A stretch of DNA of 62,334 nt, filler included, from a bacterium (GCA_027004335.1; 10 parts of 10 records of this genome joined end to end with filler, not necessarily neighbours in it); one strand, 5' to 3'. Numbered from the whole stretch's first letter, positions 21,013 through 32,929 are shown. Notes: a model not told the origin generated them from the sequence alone. Numbers and translations are program-made.

Positions 21013-22317
21013 ATGAAACTCAAAGAAAAGTTAGCGAAAAAGTTAGAGCCATGGAGGGAAGATTACAACAACTTGAGGAAAAACTACGGTGATGTAGTGG
21101 CAGATGAAGCAACAATTGGGAAAATTTTAGGTGGAATGAGGGGGCTAAAGTCACTTTTATGTGAAACTTCCTACCTTGATCCAATTGAAGGGATCAGATT
21201 CAGGGGGCATCCAATTCCTGAAGCAAGAAAACTTCTACCAAAACCTTCAGAAAAAAATGAACCTTATCCAACAGGGTTATGGTTCCTTCTTCTAACAGGG
21301 GAAGTCCCCACAAAAGATGAGGTCCTGGAACTTGAAGAAGAAATGAAGAAAAGATGGGATATCCCCCAGTATGTAATAGATATCCTGCGAGCAGCCCCAA
21401 CAGATACACATCCTATGACGCTGTTCTCTATGGCCATTCTTGCACTCCAGAGAGAATCTCAGTTTTTTAAGGCATACCATTCAGGAGTAGCAAGAAATGA
21501 ATTATGGGAATATGCTCTTGATGACTCAATTACACTCATTGCCAAGCTCCCAAGAATTGCAGCATACATTTTTAGAATGAAATATAGAGGTGATATTCAC
21601 ATTGAACCCGACCCCAAACTTGATTGGGCAGCCAACTTCGCCCACATGCTCGGAGATGATGATCCGGTATTCTATGACCTTATAAGACTTTACTTATTTC
21701 TCCACATCGATCACGAAAGTGGTAATGTGAGCGCCCACACAGGCCATCTGGTACATTCGGCTCTTTCTGATCCATTCTATGCAATTTCAGCCGCAATGGA
21801 TGGGCTTGCTGGTCCTCTTCATGGTCTGGCCAATCAGGAATGCTTGAATTGGATTCTTGAAATGATGGAGAAATATGGTGGAGTACCTACCAAAGAACAG
21901 ATTGAAGAATACGCGTGGGATACTCTGAACAGTGGAAGAGTTATTCCTGGATACGGCCACGCTGTTCTGAGACAGACAGATCCACGGTATATGGCACAGA
22001 GGGAATTTGCACAGAAGTATCTTGCGGATGATCCAGTAGTAAAAACAGTTATGACAGTCTACGAAGTTGTTCCTGATGTACTCAAAAAACATGGTAAGGC
22101 AAAGAATCCATGGCCAAATGTTGATGCACACTCCGGTTCACTGCTCTACCATTATGGCATTAGAGAATTTGAATTCTACACCGTATTCTTCGGCGTATCC
22201 AGATCCATGGGGATTACAGCTGAGATGGTGTACGACAGAATAGTGAACTTTCCCATTGAGAGACCAAAATCACTTACTATTGCAATGTTGAAAGAAATTG
22301 CCGAGGGCAAAAAATAG
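21013..22317 (+). CDS. gltA: citrate synthase, eukaryotic type
   Basis: GGMRGLKSL..ETSYLDP.EGIRFRG, DHESGNVSAH, GLAGPLHGLANQE, PGYGHAVLR, NPWPNVDAHSG. Confidence 0.96.
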   Translation: MKLKEKLAKKLEPWREDYNNLRKNYGDVVADEATIGKILGGMRGLKSLLCETSYLDPIEGIRFRGHPIPEARKLLPKPSEKNEPYPTGLWFLLLTGEVPTKDEVLELEEEMKKRWDIPQYVIDILRAAPTDTHPMTLFSMAILALQRESQFFKAYHSGVARNELWEYALDDSITLIAKLPRIAAYIFRMKYRGDIHIEPDPKLDWAANFAHMLGDDDPVFYDLIRLYLFLHIDHESGNVSAHTGHLVHSALSDPFYAISAAMDGLAGPLHGLANQECLNWILEMMEKYGGVPTKEQIEEYAWDTLNSGRVIPGYGHAVLRQTDPRYMAQREFAQKYLADDPVVKTVMTVYEVVPDVLKKHGKAKNPWPNVDAHSGSLLYHYGIREFEFYTVFFGVSRSMGITAEMVYDRIVNFPIERPKSLTIAMLKEIAEGKK

Positions 22318-22330
22318 TCAGTTGATAGAG

Positions 22331-22353
22331 AAAGGGGGGATTCTCCCCCTTTT
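22331..22353 (+). terminator. intrinsic terminator after gltA
   Basis: AAAGGGGG-GATTCT-CCCCCTTTT hairpin at contig end. Confidence 0.7.
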
Positions 22354-22453
22354 NNNNNNNNNNNNNNNNNNNNNNNNNNNNNNNNNNNNNNNNNNNNTTA
22401 ATTAATTAANNNNNNNNNNNNNNNNNNNNNNNNNNNNNNNNNNNNNNNNNNNN

Positions 22454-22786
22454 GTCCATGAACTATCTGTAAATCTTCCTCTCAAAGGCACATTTCATGT
22501 GGGTGAGGCATACATGCCCATCTATGAGGGTAACACCTACCACTGGCTGGATGTAACTTCTATTCCACATGTATGGGAAGCTTCCCTGATCTCACTCTCT
22601 GTTCTGGCATATTATCACCCTGAGGTCTTTGAACAGATCAGCTTACCGGTGAATTATCCCCCTCCGGCGAAAAAAAAGAAAAGCGCAGGGTGTAGCTCCG
22701 GATCCCCGGATGCAGGATTGCTCATCTTTTTCCTTCTTGTTTTACTCTATTTGTGGCAGAGAGGCCTCAGAGTTCATAGGGATTGA
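22454..22786 (+). CDS. 3' end of the GH15-like glycosidase (continuation of 49003-51260) with Cys-containing C-terminal anchor
   Basis: 22454-22698 matches the reverse complement of 49003-49247 with 4 synonymous differences; tail KKKKSAGCSSGSPDAGLLIFFLLVLLYLWQR. Confidence 0.85.
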   Translation, partial: VHELSVNLPLKGTFHVGEAYMPIYEGNTYHWLDVTSIPHVWEASLISLSVLAYYHPEVFEQISLPVNYPPPAKKKKSAGCSSGSPDAGLLIFFLLVLLYLWQRGLRVHRD

Positions 22787-22847
22787 CAATATCTTTGTCA
22801 CTCGCAGCAGAAATATTTTCTATCTTGCATTTGGGTCTGTTGTACCT

Positions 22848-22882
22848 TTGACAATTCACCTCTCCCTTGCTATTATAACAGC
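22848..22882 (+). promoter_or_regulatory. sigma70 promoter directly abutting the start codon (leaderless)
   Basis: TTGACA-17 nt-TATTAT-6 nt-ATG(22883); no SD. Confidence 0.7.
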
Positions 22883-23725
22883 ATGTTAATCTTTGAGGAT
22901 TCTGATCTAAAGATTTTCATTGTTAATGCCGGAAATTTTCGTCTTGATGGTGGTGCAATGTTTGGGGTTGTGCCAAAGGCCCTGTGGGAGAAAATCATAG
23001 ATGTTAATGAAAAAAACCAGATCCCCATGGCCGCTAACTGCATGCTTGTAAGTTTTAAAAATGATAAGCGAAACATTCTCGTGGATACTGGCAATGGCAA
23101 TAAGTATGATGAAAAATTCATTAATATGTATTCCATTGAAGATAAAACAATAGTTGATGCTCTTAAGGAGGAGGGCTTTAAGCCTGGGGATATAACTGAT
23201 GTTGTGCTGACACATCTTCATTTTGATCATACGGGTGGTTCCACAATGTTGAAAGATGGAGAAGCTGTTCCTACTTTTCCAAGGGCAAATTACTATATTG
23301 GTTCAGATCAATGGGAGCATGCTTTGAACCCCAATGAGCGGGATAGAGCCAGTTATTTCCAGTGGGATTTTCTTCCACTTATGGAGTATGGCCAGGTAAC
23401 CCTCATTGAGGATGAAACAGAAATAGCAGATGGAATAACGATAATCCCCACTGAAGGTCATACTCCCGGACACCAAAGTCTTCTGATAGAAACTAAGGGG
23501 GGAGAAAAATTTTTCTATGCCGGGGATCTGATCCCCACTTCAAGGCATGTCCCCCTGCCATACATTATGGCGTATGATCTTTACCCGGTAACCACTTTAA
23601 AAGTAAAAAAGTATATTCTTCTCAGAGCTGTCAATGAAGATTGGACTTTAATATTTGAACATGATCCAGATACACCAGCAGGGAAAGTTATGATCGATTC
23701 TAAAGGGAAATTCAAATTAAGATAG
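22883..23725 (+). CDS. MBL-fold metallo-hydrolase (YtnP-like)
   Basis: LDGGAMFGVVPK, THLHFDHTGG, GHTPGHQ, AGDL, FEHD. Confidence 0.92.
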   Translation: MLIFEDSDLKIFIVNAGNFRLDGGAMFGVVPKALWEKIIDVNEKNQIPMAANCMLVSFKNDKRNILVDTGNGNKYDEKFINMYSIEDKTIVDALKEEGFKPGDITDVVLTHLHFDHTGGSTMLKDGEAVPTFPRANYYIGSDQWEHALNPNERDRASYFQWDFLPLMEYGQVTLIEDETEIADGITIIPTEGHTPGHQSLLIETKGGEKFFYAGDLIPTSRHVPLPYIMAYDLYPVTTLKVKKYILLRAVNEDWTLIFEHDPDTPAGKVMIDSKGKFKLR

Positions 23726-23734
23726 GAGTGAAAG

Positions 23735-24889
23735 ATGGATTTTCTTCTCAATGATGTTCAGCGGATGCTTCAGGATTCCATAAGAAAATTTGTTGAAAGA
23801 GAAATCGCCCCCCATGCTATGGAATGGGAAGAAAATATGGAATTTCCCATGGATGTGATGAAAAAATTGGGGAATAGTGGTTTCTTAGGAATACCATATC
23901 CAGAGAAGTATAATGGTCAGGGGCTTGGGTATCAGGAGTACATCATTGTTCTCGAAGAGATAGCAAAAGCCTCGGCTGCTCTTGCAATTGCCCTGGCTGT
24001 AAATGGCCTTCCCCAGCTTATACTGGATAAATTTGGAAATGAAAAGCAAAAAATGGAATATTTGCCGAGGTTGAGTTCCGGGGAATTAACTGGTGGTTTT
24101 TCTCTAACCGAGCCAGATTATGGATCTGATGCCAAGAGTATCAAAACAATGGCGGAAAAAAAAGGAGATTACTACATAATAAATGGGACAAAGAGGTTCA
24201 GTTCTCAGGGGGGTGTAGCAGATGTTTATGTTGTTTTCGCAAGGACGCAAAATACAGGCTCTTCACATGATATCTCAGCATTTCTTGTTACAAAGGATAT
24301 AAAAGGTGTAAGTTTTGGAAGGCATGAGAAAAAGATGGGGTTAAATGCAACCCCCACAAGAGAAATTTATTTTGATAATGTCAGGGTACCTGCAGAAAAT
24401 CTCATTGGGGAGGAGGGTATCGGGTTTAAAATTGCTATGATTGCACTTGATTCGGGGAGGGTAACAATAGCAGCAACCGCCGTAGGAATTGCTGAGTCTG
24501 CCAAGAATTATGCCCTGGAGTATGCAATTACTAGAAAGCAATTTAGCAGGCCTATTGTGGAATTTGAGGGAGTTAGTTTTCCCCTTGCTGATATGGAGAC
24601 GAAGATCAATGCTGCAAGGTTGCTCACGCAGCGTGCCGCTTTTCTTAGAGATAACAATTTACCACATAGCAAAGAGGCAGCAATGGCTAAAGTTTTTGCC
24701 ACTGATACAGCTATGGAAGTAACCACTAACGCGGTTCAGATCCTCGGGGGAAATGGCTATATGAGAGATTATCCTGTGGAAAGATATATGAGGGAAGCCA
24801 AGGTGATGCAGATAGTTGAAGGAACAAATCAGATCCAGAGGCTGGTTATAAGCAGGTTGATGGTCAGAGAGATCTCCAGGCAGATTTAA
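23735..24889 (+). CDS. acyl-CoA dehydrogenase
   Basis: [45 protein letters not shown]. Confidence 0.95.
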   Translation: MDFLLNDVQRMLQDSIRKFVEREIAPHAMEWEENMEFPMDVMKKLGNSGFLGIPYPEKYNGQGLGYQEYIIVLEEIAKASAALAIALAVNGLPQLILDKFGNEKQKMEYLPRLSSGELTGGFSLTEPDYGSDAKSIKTMAEKKGDYYIINGTKRFSSQGGVADVYVVFARTQNTGSSHDISAFLVTKDIKGVSFGRHEKKMGLNATPTREIYFDNVRVPAENLIGEEGIGFKIAMIALDSGRVTIAATAVGIAESAKNYALEYAITRKQFSRPIVEFEGVSFPLADMETKINAARLLTQRAAFLRDNNLPHSKEAAMAKVFATDTAMEVTTNAVQILGGNGYMRDYPVERYMREAKVMQIVEGTNQIQRLVISRLMVREISRQI

Positions 24890-26900
24890 CCTTTTTTCTT
24901 TTCCTCTTTTTCTTTGAGTTTCTTTTGTATTTCCTCTTTGCTAAAAGTGGCTTTACAATTTGGGCACTGGTAATAATAACTTTTCCCTTTCCGTTTCTTT
25001 ACAAGGATAGGATAGCCACAATTGGAGCACTCCACATCTACAGGTTCATCCCATACTGCGAAATCACAGTCAGGATACCTGCTGCAGCTGTAAAATATTT
25101 TACCCTTTGCCGATACTTTTTCTACGATTTCTCCCTCTCTACATTTTGGACACTTTATTCCCAGTGAATATGGTTTAGTATAATCGCATTTTGGGTAATT
25201 CTCGCATGCTATGAATCGAACTCCTCCTTTTCCCCTTTTTACAATAAGTCTTCCTCCACATTTAGGACAGATTTCTCCAGCATACTCTATCTCTTCTGGC
25301 AGGGGCCTTGTGTATTTGCATTTGGGGTAGTTGCTGCATGCGAGAAATTTCCCATACTTGCCGTACCGGATTACCAGAGGGGCACCACAGATAGGGCATT
25401 TTTCGTCGGTAACCTCTACCCCCTCTTTCTTCACATCCTTCATCTCCACCTGGGCTTTTTCAATATCTTTTTCAAATCTCTGGTAAAACTCTTTGAGGTC
25501 ATCTACCCAGTTTCTCTTGCCTTCTTCAATTAGATCAAGCCTCTTCTCCATCTCAGCGGTAAATTTTTCATCCATAATTTCAGGGAAACTTTTATCCAGA
25601 AGTTCTGTTATTAAAAAGCCTAAATCGGTAGGGGTGAGGAAATTTTTTTCTTTTTTTACATATTCCCTCTCCTGAATTGTGGAGATAATTGTGGCATAAG
25701 TTGAGGGTCTCCCGATTTCTTTTTCTTCAAGTGCCCTTACAAGAGAGCCCTCCGTGTACCTTGGAGGTGGTTTTGTGAAGTTCTGCTTCAATTCCACCCT
25801 CTTAAGTTGCAATTTTTCTCCATCCTTAACAGGTGGGAAGGTCTGTTCCTGATCTTTTTCATCAATTTGATCATTGTAGACTTTGAGATAACCTGCAAAT
25901 TTTAATACCTTTCCTGATGCAGTGAGTGTGTATTTCCCTGCCTTAATAGTTATTGTTGTCTGATCATACTCAGCCGCTGGCATCTGGGAGGCTACAAATC
26001 TATCCCAGATGAGTTTATACAGCTTCCACCTATCTGAATCTAAATATTTTTTGACCAGATCAGGTGTAAATTGAGTTGAAGTTGGCCTTATCGCTTCATG
26101 GGCATCCTGTGCGCTGTTTTTGTTTTTAAATCTATTGGGTTGTGCCGGCAAAAAATCTTCGCCATAGTTGTTTTTTATATATTCTCTTACCATTGAAATT
26201 GCTTCATCGGCTGTTCTCACAGAGTCTGTTCTCATATATGTGATCAACCCCACTGATCCGAAATTCCCGATATCAACACCTTCATATAGCCGCTGAGCGA
26301 GCATCATGGTTTTTTTAGCGGTAAATCCGAATCTCCTTGAAGCCTCCTGCTGGAGTCTTGATGTGATAAATGGGGGAAGGGGATTTCTCTTTATCCGCTT
26401 TTTTTCCACCTTCTCTATGATAAAATCGCTGTTCTCTAATTCTCCTTTGATCTTTTTAGCTTCTTCATCATTGCTTACTTTAGCTTTTTTACCATCTATT
26501 TTGGTCAGAATCGCTTTGATCTCAGGTGGTTGAGATGCGTTGAGAAGAGCCGTGATGGTCCAGTATTCTTCGGGGATAAAATTCTGGATCTCCTTTTCTC
26601 TCTCACAGACAATTTTAACTGCTACAGATTGAACTCTTCCAGCACTGAGTCCTCTTTTAACTTTTTTCCAGAGGAGGGGGCTTAACTTATAACCAACCAG
26701 TCTGTCAAGGATTCTTCTTGCCTGCTGAGCGTTGAAAAGATTTTCATCCAGTTCCCGGGGATGTTTTATAGCATCGGTTACAGCCCTTTTTGTAATTTCA
26801 TGGAAAACAGCTCTTTTCAGCGGCTTATCTTCCGCGTGTTTTTTTATGTCCTGTGCAATATGCCAGGCTATGGCTTCTCCTTCACGGTCAGGGTCCGGAG
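24886..26900 (-). CDS. topA: DNA topoisomerase I (5' end missing)
   Basis: DPDREGEAI near contig edge, [40 protein letters not shown]-terminal zinc ribbons. Confidence 0.96.
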
Positions 26901-27000
26901 NNNNNNNNNNNNNNNNNNNNNNNNNNNNNNNNNNNNNNNNNNNNTTAATTAATTAANNNNNNNNNNNNNNNNNNNNNNNNNNNNNNNNNNNNNNNNNNNN

Positions 27001-27788
27001 AGCTCACCTGCAACTTTTTCACCGATTTTATCCGAATAAACGGAGAGATTATTATAAGCAAGATCTCCCTCCAATCCGTGACCGACAGCTTCATGAATTA
27101 TCGTACCCCCAGCATCTGAAGAGATAACAACACTCATAACTCCGGCCTCTACCCACTCTGATTTAAGAGCCTTCAAACCTCTTTCCACAGCAATCGTAGC
27201 AACTTTCTCAGGAGGAAATTCATCAAAAATCTCAAGACCTTTGCCTCCTCCTACAGCTTCATACCCTGTTTCCATGCCTCTCCCAGGATCAGAAACAACA
27301 GCCTGTACAAAAAGTACAATTTCACTCTGTCTGTCATAACTTTTTATCCCTGATGAATTGATTACCTCTATTTCTCTCTCAATTTCTCTAAACATTATTC
27401 TTCTAAAATTTACTTCATTATACTTCTTTATCTCATTATCTGCCCTCAATAAAAGATCAAGTTTTTCTCCAATGCTCTTTTCCTTAAAGGGAATTTTAAT
27501 AGAATACACATAACTGGAAGCTGGTGTTAAAAAATTTTGAGGAGCTACCCCTTTTTCAATAGGAGGAATAAGTCTTTCAATATCCTTACCTTTGAGAGAA
27601 GTTGTGTAAAAATAATTGAAGCGTTCATTATTTCTTAACCTTATCCCTGTTCCCTGATCTTCGGATTTCCACAATTTCTCTACTTCTCCCTGTTCTAAAA
27701 GAATTAGAAGCTCTTTTTTCCTTTCTGCAAATAGTTCAACCCATTCAGAACATCCCAGCCAGCTATCTTTAAATCCTTCTATAAGCAT
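27001..27788 (-). CDS. tldD: TldD/PmbA family metalloprotease (TldD-like, 3' end missing)
   Basis: 'GGTIIHEAVGHGLEGD' HExxxH motif; GIR in N-domain. Confidence 0.85.
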
Positions 27789-27894
27789 CTCTACTCCAGA
27801 AAAATTATTTTACCATATCTAAAAAATTATCAGGAAGAAAATTTGATTTTTTGGTAAACTTGATATAGGATTATCCTTGGGTGGAGCAAAGAAA

Positions 27895-29934
27895 ATGAGA
27901 AGGTTTTTCAAGTATATTACGATACTATTCATCATCATAGGTGCAGGATGTGCATCCTTTCAATTAAAAACAAAGCTCTATAAGGTGCAGAATATTATAA
28001 ACAATGGTAGTGGAAAAGACATTCTAAGAGCCGAAAGAACTCTTCTTGAGCTTCTTCCCAGATATCCACAAAACCCGAAGATCCATCTCTTACTTGGTAT
28101 CACATATTACTATGAGAGAAGATGGAAAGAATCTCAAGAGGAGCTTGACAGAGCTATTCTCTTAGGTTCAAAATCCTACCTACCACATTACTACAAGGGG
28201 ATAATTTACTACATAAATGGGGAATATGAAGAAGCAAAAGAAGAGTTAGATCAGGCAATTAAGGTAACAGGCAGTCAAAATATCTGCATCCCAGAAATTT
28301 ACAAAGTAATGGGGTCAATGTACGAAATCATGGATACCCCATATCCTGCGATTGCTCTTTATAAAAAAGCTCTTAGCTGCCCTATGGAAGACAAAAACCC
28401 CTATGAAAGAAACTCCTTTAAAGCAGAGTTGTATGAAAGACTTGGAATAATATTTGAAAAATTGGCCCAAAAGGCTCTAAATAGAGGTAATGAAGAAGAA
28501 TCAGAAAAGAAAGTTTCTCAGGCCAAAAAGTTCTACCTTAAAGCAATCAAACTTTATCCTACAGAGGCAATCTATTTTATGAATCTTGCAACACTTTACC
28601 TATGGCAACCTGAGATAAGAGAAGCTCTTTCTTATTTTCGTAAAGCTGCAATTGCTGCAAATAATAGTGGAGAGACAACAGTGCTAAAAGAATCCTATTT
28701 TTATCTTGGCTACCTCTCTCAAAAAATAGGAGAAAGACTAAGTGATTCAAAAACATTAAAAAAAGCTCTAATAATGTACAACTATGTTAAATCACTTGAT
28801 CCTAACTACAGAAATGTGACCTGTAGAATAGGTAGAATTTATTTCCTCATCGGTGAGAAACAAAAAGCATATAAAGAGTTATCTGAGTGCTGTGAAAATC
28901 CATCTGGAGTATACGAGATTCAAATAGCACCACCCAAGTCTATAATCTGTAAGACCCTTTATGTCCAACTCAAAAAAACAAGAGAAGTTGCAGCCATCTC
29001 CCCAATCAAGACAAGCTCTTCACCAGAACCACTGGAAATTAGAACAGAAAATATCAATGCAGGGAGAACCACCCATACCAAAGTTGAAGTTACTGAAATG
29101 GAAAATCCACAAGCTGTGGAACTCTCTAAAGAAACGGCTTATGGTGAAAAAAATACTAAAAGACAAAATATTAGGACCAAACCTGAAAAGGCTCAAAATG
29201 GAGGAGAAAAGAAAAAACTGGCTATGCAAACAAAAGAAAATAAAACTCTCCCTCTTACGCAGAGAGGAGATAGAAGAAGTGGAACTCTCACTCAGAAATT
29301 GCCCAGTAAAACCATAAAGCAAAAACCTCTTATACCTCAGAGCGATGCAAATCTAAAGAGTAAGATTCCATCTTCCAACAAAACAAAAAAGAAAAAAATC
29401 ATTGCCTCTCCCTTAATTCCTGACATTGACACAGGGATATCAAATATAGATTCTCTTTTGGCACAACAGGGATCAATCCAAAAAAAAGAAGGAATTGAGG
29501 TAGGAGGGATGAGGAAAAAAGCAACTATTCAGAATGTAGATATAGATATTGAGGCAGAAGAAGGCAAACAAATTAACCTTAAAAAAGAAACAAAGAAAAT
29601 TGAAGCACAAATCAAGCTAAATACCTCAGGGGAAAACCGCGGTACTCTTGATCCTCGGGTGATCTCACAGGCAATTGCCTCACATTATGGTGAAGTTAGA
29701 TACTGCTATGAGAAGCAACTGAAAATACATCCGGAGCTGGAAGGAAAATTGATGGTAAAATTCACTATCGGGGAAAGTGGTAGAGTTAGATCGGCAATTG
29801 TAACTGAGTCCACCATCAATAATATTGAAGTTGAAAGTTGTGTTCTCTATAAGATCAAAGGATGGAGATTCCCTCCTCCTCAAGGTGGAGAAGTAAGTGT
29901 AATTTTTCCATTTATATTTATGGGAGGAGGTTAA
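27895..29934 (+). CDS. TPR-repeat lipoprotein with C-terminal AgmX/PglI (TonB-C-like) domain
   Basis: Lipobox GAGC, TPR-like repeats, K/E/Q-rich linker, 'VRYCYEKQL..PELEGKL.VKFTI...WRFPPP.GG.V.V.FPF.F'. Confidence 0.8.
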   Translation: MRRFFKYITILFIIIGAGCASFQLKTKLYKVQNIINNGSGKDILRAERTLLELLPRYPQNPKIHLLLGITYYYERRWKESQEELDRAILLGSKSYLPHYYKGIIYYINGEYEEAKEELDQAIKVTGSQNICIPEIYKVMGSMYEIMDTPYPAIALYKKALSCPMEDKNPYERNSFKAELYERLGIIFEKLAQKALNRGNEEESEKKVSQAKKFYLKAIKLYPTEAIYFMNLATLYLWQPEIREALSYFRKAAIAANNSGETTVLKESYFYLGYLSQKIGERLSDSKTLKKALIMYNYVKSLDPNYRNVTCRIGRIYFLIGEKQKAYKELSECCENPSGVYEIQIAPPKSIICKTLYVQLKKTREVAAISPIKTSSSPEPLEIRTENINAGRTTHTKVEVTEMENPQAVELSKETAYGEKNTKRQNIRTKPEKAQNGGEKKKLAMQTKENKTLPLTQRGDRRSGTLTQKLPSKTIKQKPLIPQSDANLKSKIPSSNKTKKKKIIASPLIPDIDTGISNIDSLLAQQGSIQKKEGIEVGGMRKKATIQNVDIDIEAEEGKQINLKKETKKIEAQIKLNTSGENRGTLDPRVISQAIASHYGEVRYCYEKQLKIHPELEGKLMVKFTIGESGRVRSAIVTESTINNIEVESCVLYKIKGWRFPPPQGGEVSVIFPFIFMGGG

Positions 29935-31202
29935 CTTTTTCTTTTCCGCTGAGTAATTATCTTCTGAATCACACTGGTAGCGATCCCGGAGATCCTACTT
30001 ACCTCAGGAATAATCTTCAAATCCTCTATACCCTTACCCGGTCCATTATCAAGGTAAAAAATCAAAACCGTTTTACCTGTAACTCTGACTGGTGTGATAA
30101 GAAGGTTCCTTGGTGGATTTGTAGAACTCCCCAATGCCCTCATAAATTTTTCAACAATCAAATCTTCCATAGGAGGAGGGCCAAAAAAGGTCTCACCTGT
30201 GTCAGAAGCTGTTTTAAAAATAGAGGGGGTACAGAGAGGAACCATCAATACATCAACCATCTCAGGGAGAACCCCTTCACCTTTTCCCACCCATCCAAAA
30301 GCTACATCCTTCTGAACCTTGAATATTATCGCTCTTTCTGACATCCTGGAAAAAAGTTTTACCAGAGAATATACAAGCTCATCCATATTCTGAGAAGCAA
30401 TTAAATCTTCTTCAGTTACAACCTCCTCTCCTGGAGGAGTCCATTCTTCTATTACGGATGAAATCTCTTCTCTGGAAGGAGCTTCTTTCTCAATCTGCTC
30501 AACAGGAGGGATAATTTCCTCAGAAGATTTCTCTACTGGTGGGGGAGCTTCTTCTATAAACTCATTCTCACCTGCGGGAGGCTGAATTTCCTCCACTTCT
30601 TCTGCCTCTTCATAAACTGGTTCAGAAGGGGGAGGGGCTACCTCTTCCACTACTTCAATATTAGGAGATTTTCTTTCTTCCCTCTCCGCAGCAGGTGTCT
30701 CACTGGTAGTCCTAACAGTTCCAGCAGTTGGAACTGTGACAAATTCTTCAACAACCTCCTCTTCAGGCTCAACTTCAATATTATAATATTTTTTTAAGGC
30801 GTTGTATAGAAGGCCTTCCGGAATTATAAGAGGAATCACAGCTTTATCCAGAAAAAAAGAAAGCTCCGAAAGTATCTGAGTATTCTGGGGATCAATCGTC
30901 GCGATTTTTATCTCTCTATCATCTGATTCTACCGGTAAAACATGGTACTCCTCTACAATATCACGAGGGACTGAATTAATTACACTATACTCAATATTTT
31001 CAATTTCCCTGGGATCAACCGTCTCAACATTTAATTGCTCCTTTAGAACTCTCCCTAAGGTTTCCGCATCAAGATACCCCAATTGTATAAGGATACTACC
31101 AAGCTTACCCCCCATTTCCCTCTGTATTCTTAATGCATCCTCAAGCTGCGCTTTATCAATCAAACCTTCTTCAAGCAGCATACTACCCAATTTCTTTCTC
31201 AT
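29931..31202 (-). CDS. MshEN / T2SS-E N-terminal domain protein without ATPase domain
   Basis: Tandem 'KLGSMLLEEGLI...L..AL..Q' and 'KLGSILIQLGYL' repeats, acidic Pro/Glu linker, GAF-like C-terminus. Confidence 0.75.
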   Translation of the reverse strand: MRKKLGSMLLEEGLIDKAQLEDALRIQREMGGKLGSILIQLGYLDAETLGRVLKEQLNVETVDPREIENIEYSVINSVPRDIVEEYHVLPVESDDREIKIATIDPQNTQILSELSFFLDKAVIPLIIPEGLLYNALKKYYNIEVEPEEEVVEEFVTVPTAGTVRTTSETPAAEREERKSPNIEVVEEVAPPPSEPVYEEAEEVEEIQPPAGENEFIEEAPPPVEKSSEEIIPPVEQIEKEAPSREEISSVIEEWTPPGEEVVTEEDLIASQNMDELVYSLVKLFSRMSERAIIFKVQKDVAFGWVGKGEGVLPEMVDVLMVPLCTPSIFKTASDTGETFFGPPPMEDLIVEKFMRALGSSTNPPRNLLITPVRVTGKTVLIFYLDNGPGKGIEDLKIIPEVSRISGIATSVIQKIITQRKRKS

Positions 31203-32929
31203 CCTTTTCCTCCCCTGCGAGTAAGTAAGATTAAATAAGTTAAAATATCTACTTCCTTTCCCTGTCCCCTGTGGGGTTTAATCTTAGAAAGGGTTTCACG
31301 AGCTTTTCTCTTCTCATTTTTCTCCAGGTAGATTCTTGCCATCAAGTAAAGCGGGGAACTCCATTCAGGATTCAACTCAATGCTTTTTCCAGTAAAGAAT
31401 TCAGCCAGACGCAGATCCTTATCTGAAGCATGCCTTTTATAGTAGTAATATCCAATAAGGTAATAGACATAAAAATTCTTCAAACCATTACTCATAGCAA
31501 GAGTTAGCTCTGTTATAGCTTTTGAATAGAAAAAAGTTGAAAAAGTCTGGGATGTTTCCCCTGCTGAATATTCACCCTCAGATCCATAAAGCAATCCAAG
31601 AGAAAGATGAGCCATTGGATCTGCTGGGTTGAGCCTTATGGCTTCCCTATAATTTAAATATGCTTGATGAAATTTTCCCTGTTTGTAATACACAACTTCT
31701 AATTTACCCTGTGCAAAATAAATATTACCAAGCTTAACATACACCTCTGACTGATTACTATCCAGAGAAAGTGATTTCTTGTAATTTGAAATTGCTTTCT
31801 TGTAATACCCCTGCCTTTTTTCAATAGAACCCATCTCTCCTTTCAAGTAATAAATATCACCAAGCAAAGAATATGCTAAAGGATCCTTTGGATCTACTGC
31901 TATCATTTCCTTAACTTTCTTTTCTGCTTCATCTAACTTGTCGCTATCCTTCAAAAAAATTGCAAGACCTAACATTGCATCAACATCAACAGGCCTCTTC
32001 AGTTCCTTTAACACAGGATAAAGTGAAAATGCTTTACGATAATAATACGATGCAGTCTTATCATCTCCGATACTTTCCTCCATCCCAGCAAGGATAAAAT
32101 AATTTCCACCAACATACGAGGGAGCTTCATAACCTTTTTTAGCAAGTTCTACGGACTTTTCTAAATATTTTACCCCCTCTTTAATATCTCCAATCTTTAT
32201 TTTTAAATCACCGTAAAGGAAATAGGCAAGAGAAAAATCAGGGTTAAGTTTAATGCTTTTATTATAATATACAATCGCCCTGTTAAAATCATTCTTCAAT
32301 TCATAAATTGCTCCCATAGCAAGATAAATTTCAGGGTACTGGTACTTAGAAAGAATCCTTTTGTACAATTCTAATGCCTTATCATATTGACCAATTCTTG
32401 CATACAGACCTCCAAGACTTGAAAGAGCAAATAGATTCTCAGGATCCTTTTGTAAAATTCCTTTATAAATTTTTACTGCATCAGATAATTTTTTCAAATT
32501 TGAAAGGGTATAAGCCTTATTTATTGAAACATACACCCACCCAGGCTTCACCTGTAAAATCTTATTATAAATCTCAAGAGCGAGCCCATATTTTTTCGCC
32601 CTATCATATGCAACTGCAAGATTCAGAAGAAAGTAAACATTATCTGGCTCTCTTTTAACTGCCCTGACAAGATAACGAATAGCTTTAACTTCATCACCTA
32701 TATTCAGATAGGCGAGACCAATATCATTTAATATTCTGGGATCATCAACTAATTTAGATGCGTTAAGAAAAAAAGCAAGAGCTTTCTCCCATTTCCCAGA
32801 TTGAGCAGCTTCTACACCCTCTTCAAGGAATTTTTCTGCTTTATAACTCTTTGGCAGAATAATACCAAAAACAGAACATCCATTCACAAGGAGTAAAATT
32901 AAGGGGAAAAAAAGTACAAACCTTTTTAT
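31199..32929 (-). CDS. TPR-repeat lipoprotein (probable ATA start at 32929; first canonical start GTG 32887)
   Basis: Many TPR repeats; in-frame extension gives (M)KRFVLFFPLILLLVNG-C signal peptide behind AGGAGG. Confidence 0.8.
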   Translation of the reverse strand: MKRFVLFFPLILLLVNGCSVFGIILPKSYKAEKFLEEGVEAAQSGKWEKALAFFLNASKLVDDPRILNDIGLAYLNIGDEVKAIRYLVRAVKREPDNVYFLLNLAVAYDRAKKYGLALEIYNKILQVKPGWVYVSINKAYTLSNLKKLSDAVKIYKGILQKDPENLFALSSLGGLYARIGQYDKALELYKRILSKYQYPEIYLAMGAIYELKNDFNRAIVYYNKSIKLNPDFSLAYFLYGDLKIKIGDIKEGVKYLEKSVELAKKGYEAPSYVGGNYFILAGMEESIGDDKTASYYYRKAFSLYPVLKELKRPVDVDAMLGLAIFLKDSDKLDEAEKKVKEMIAVDPKDPLAYSLLGDIYYLKGEMGSIEKRQGYYKKAISNYKKSLSLDSNQSEVYVKLGNIYFAQGKLEVVYYKQGKFHQAYLNYREAIRLNPADPMAHLSLGLLYGSEGEYSAGETSQTFSTFFYSKAITELTLAMSNGLKNFYVYYLIGYYYYKRHASDKDLRLAEFFTGKSIELNPEWSSPLYLMARIYLEKNEKRKARETLSKIKPHRGQGKEVDILTYLILLTRRGGKG

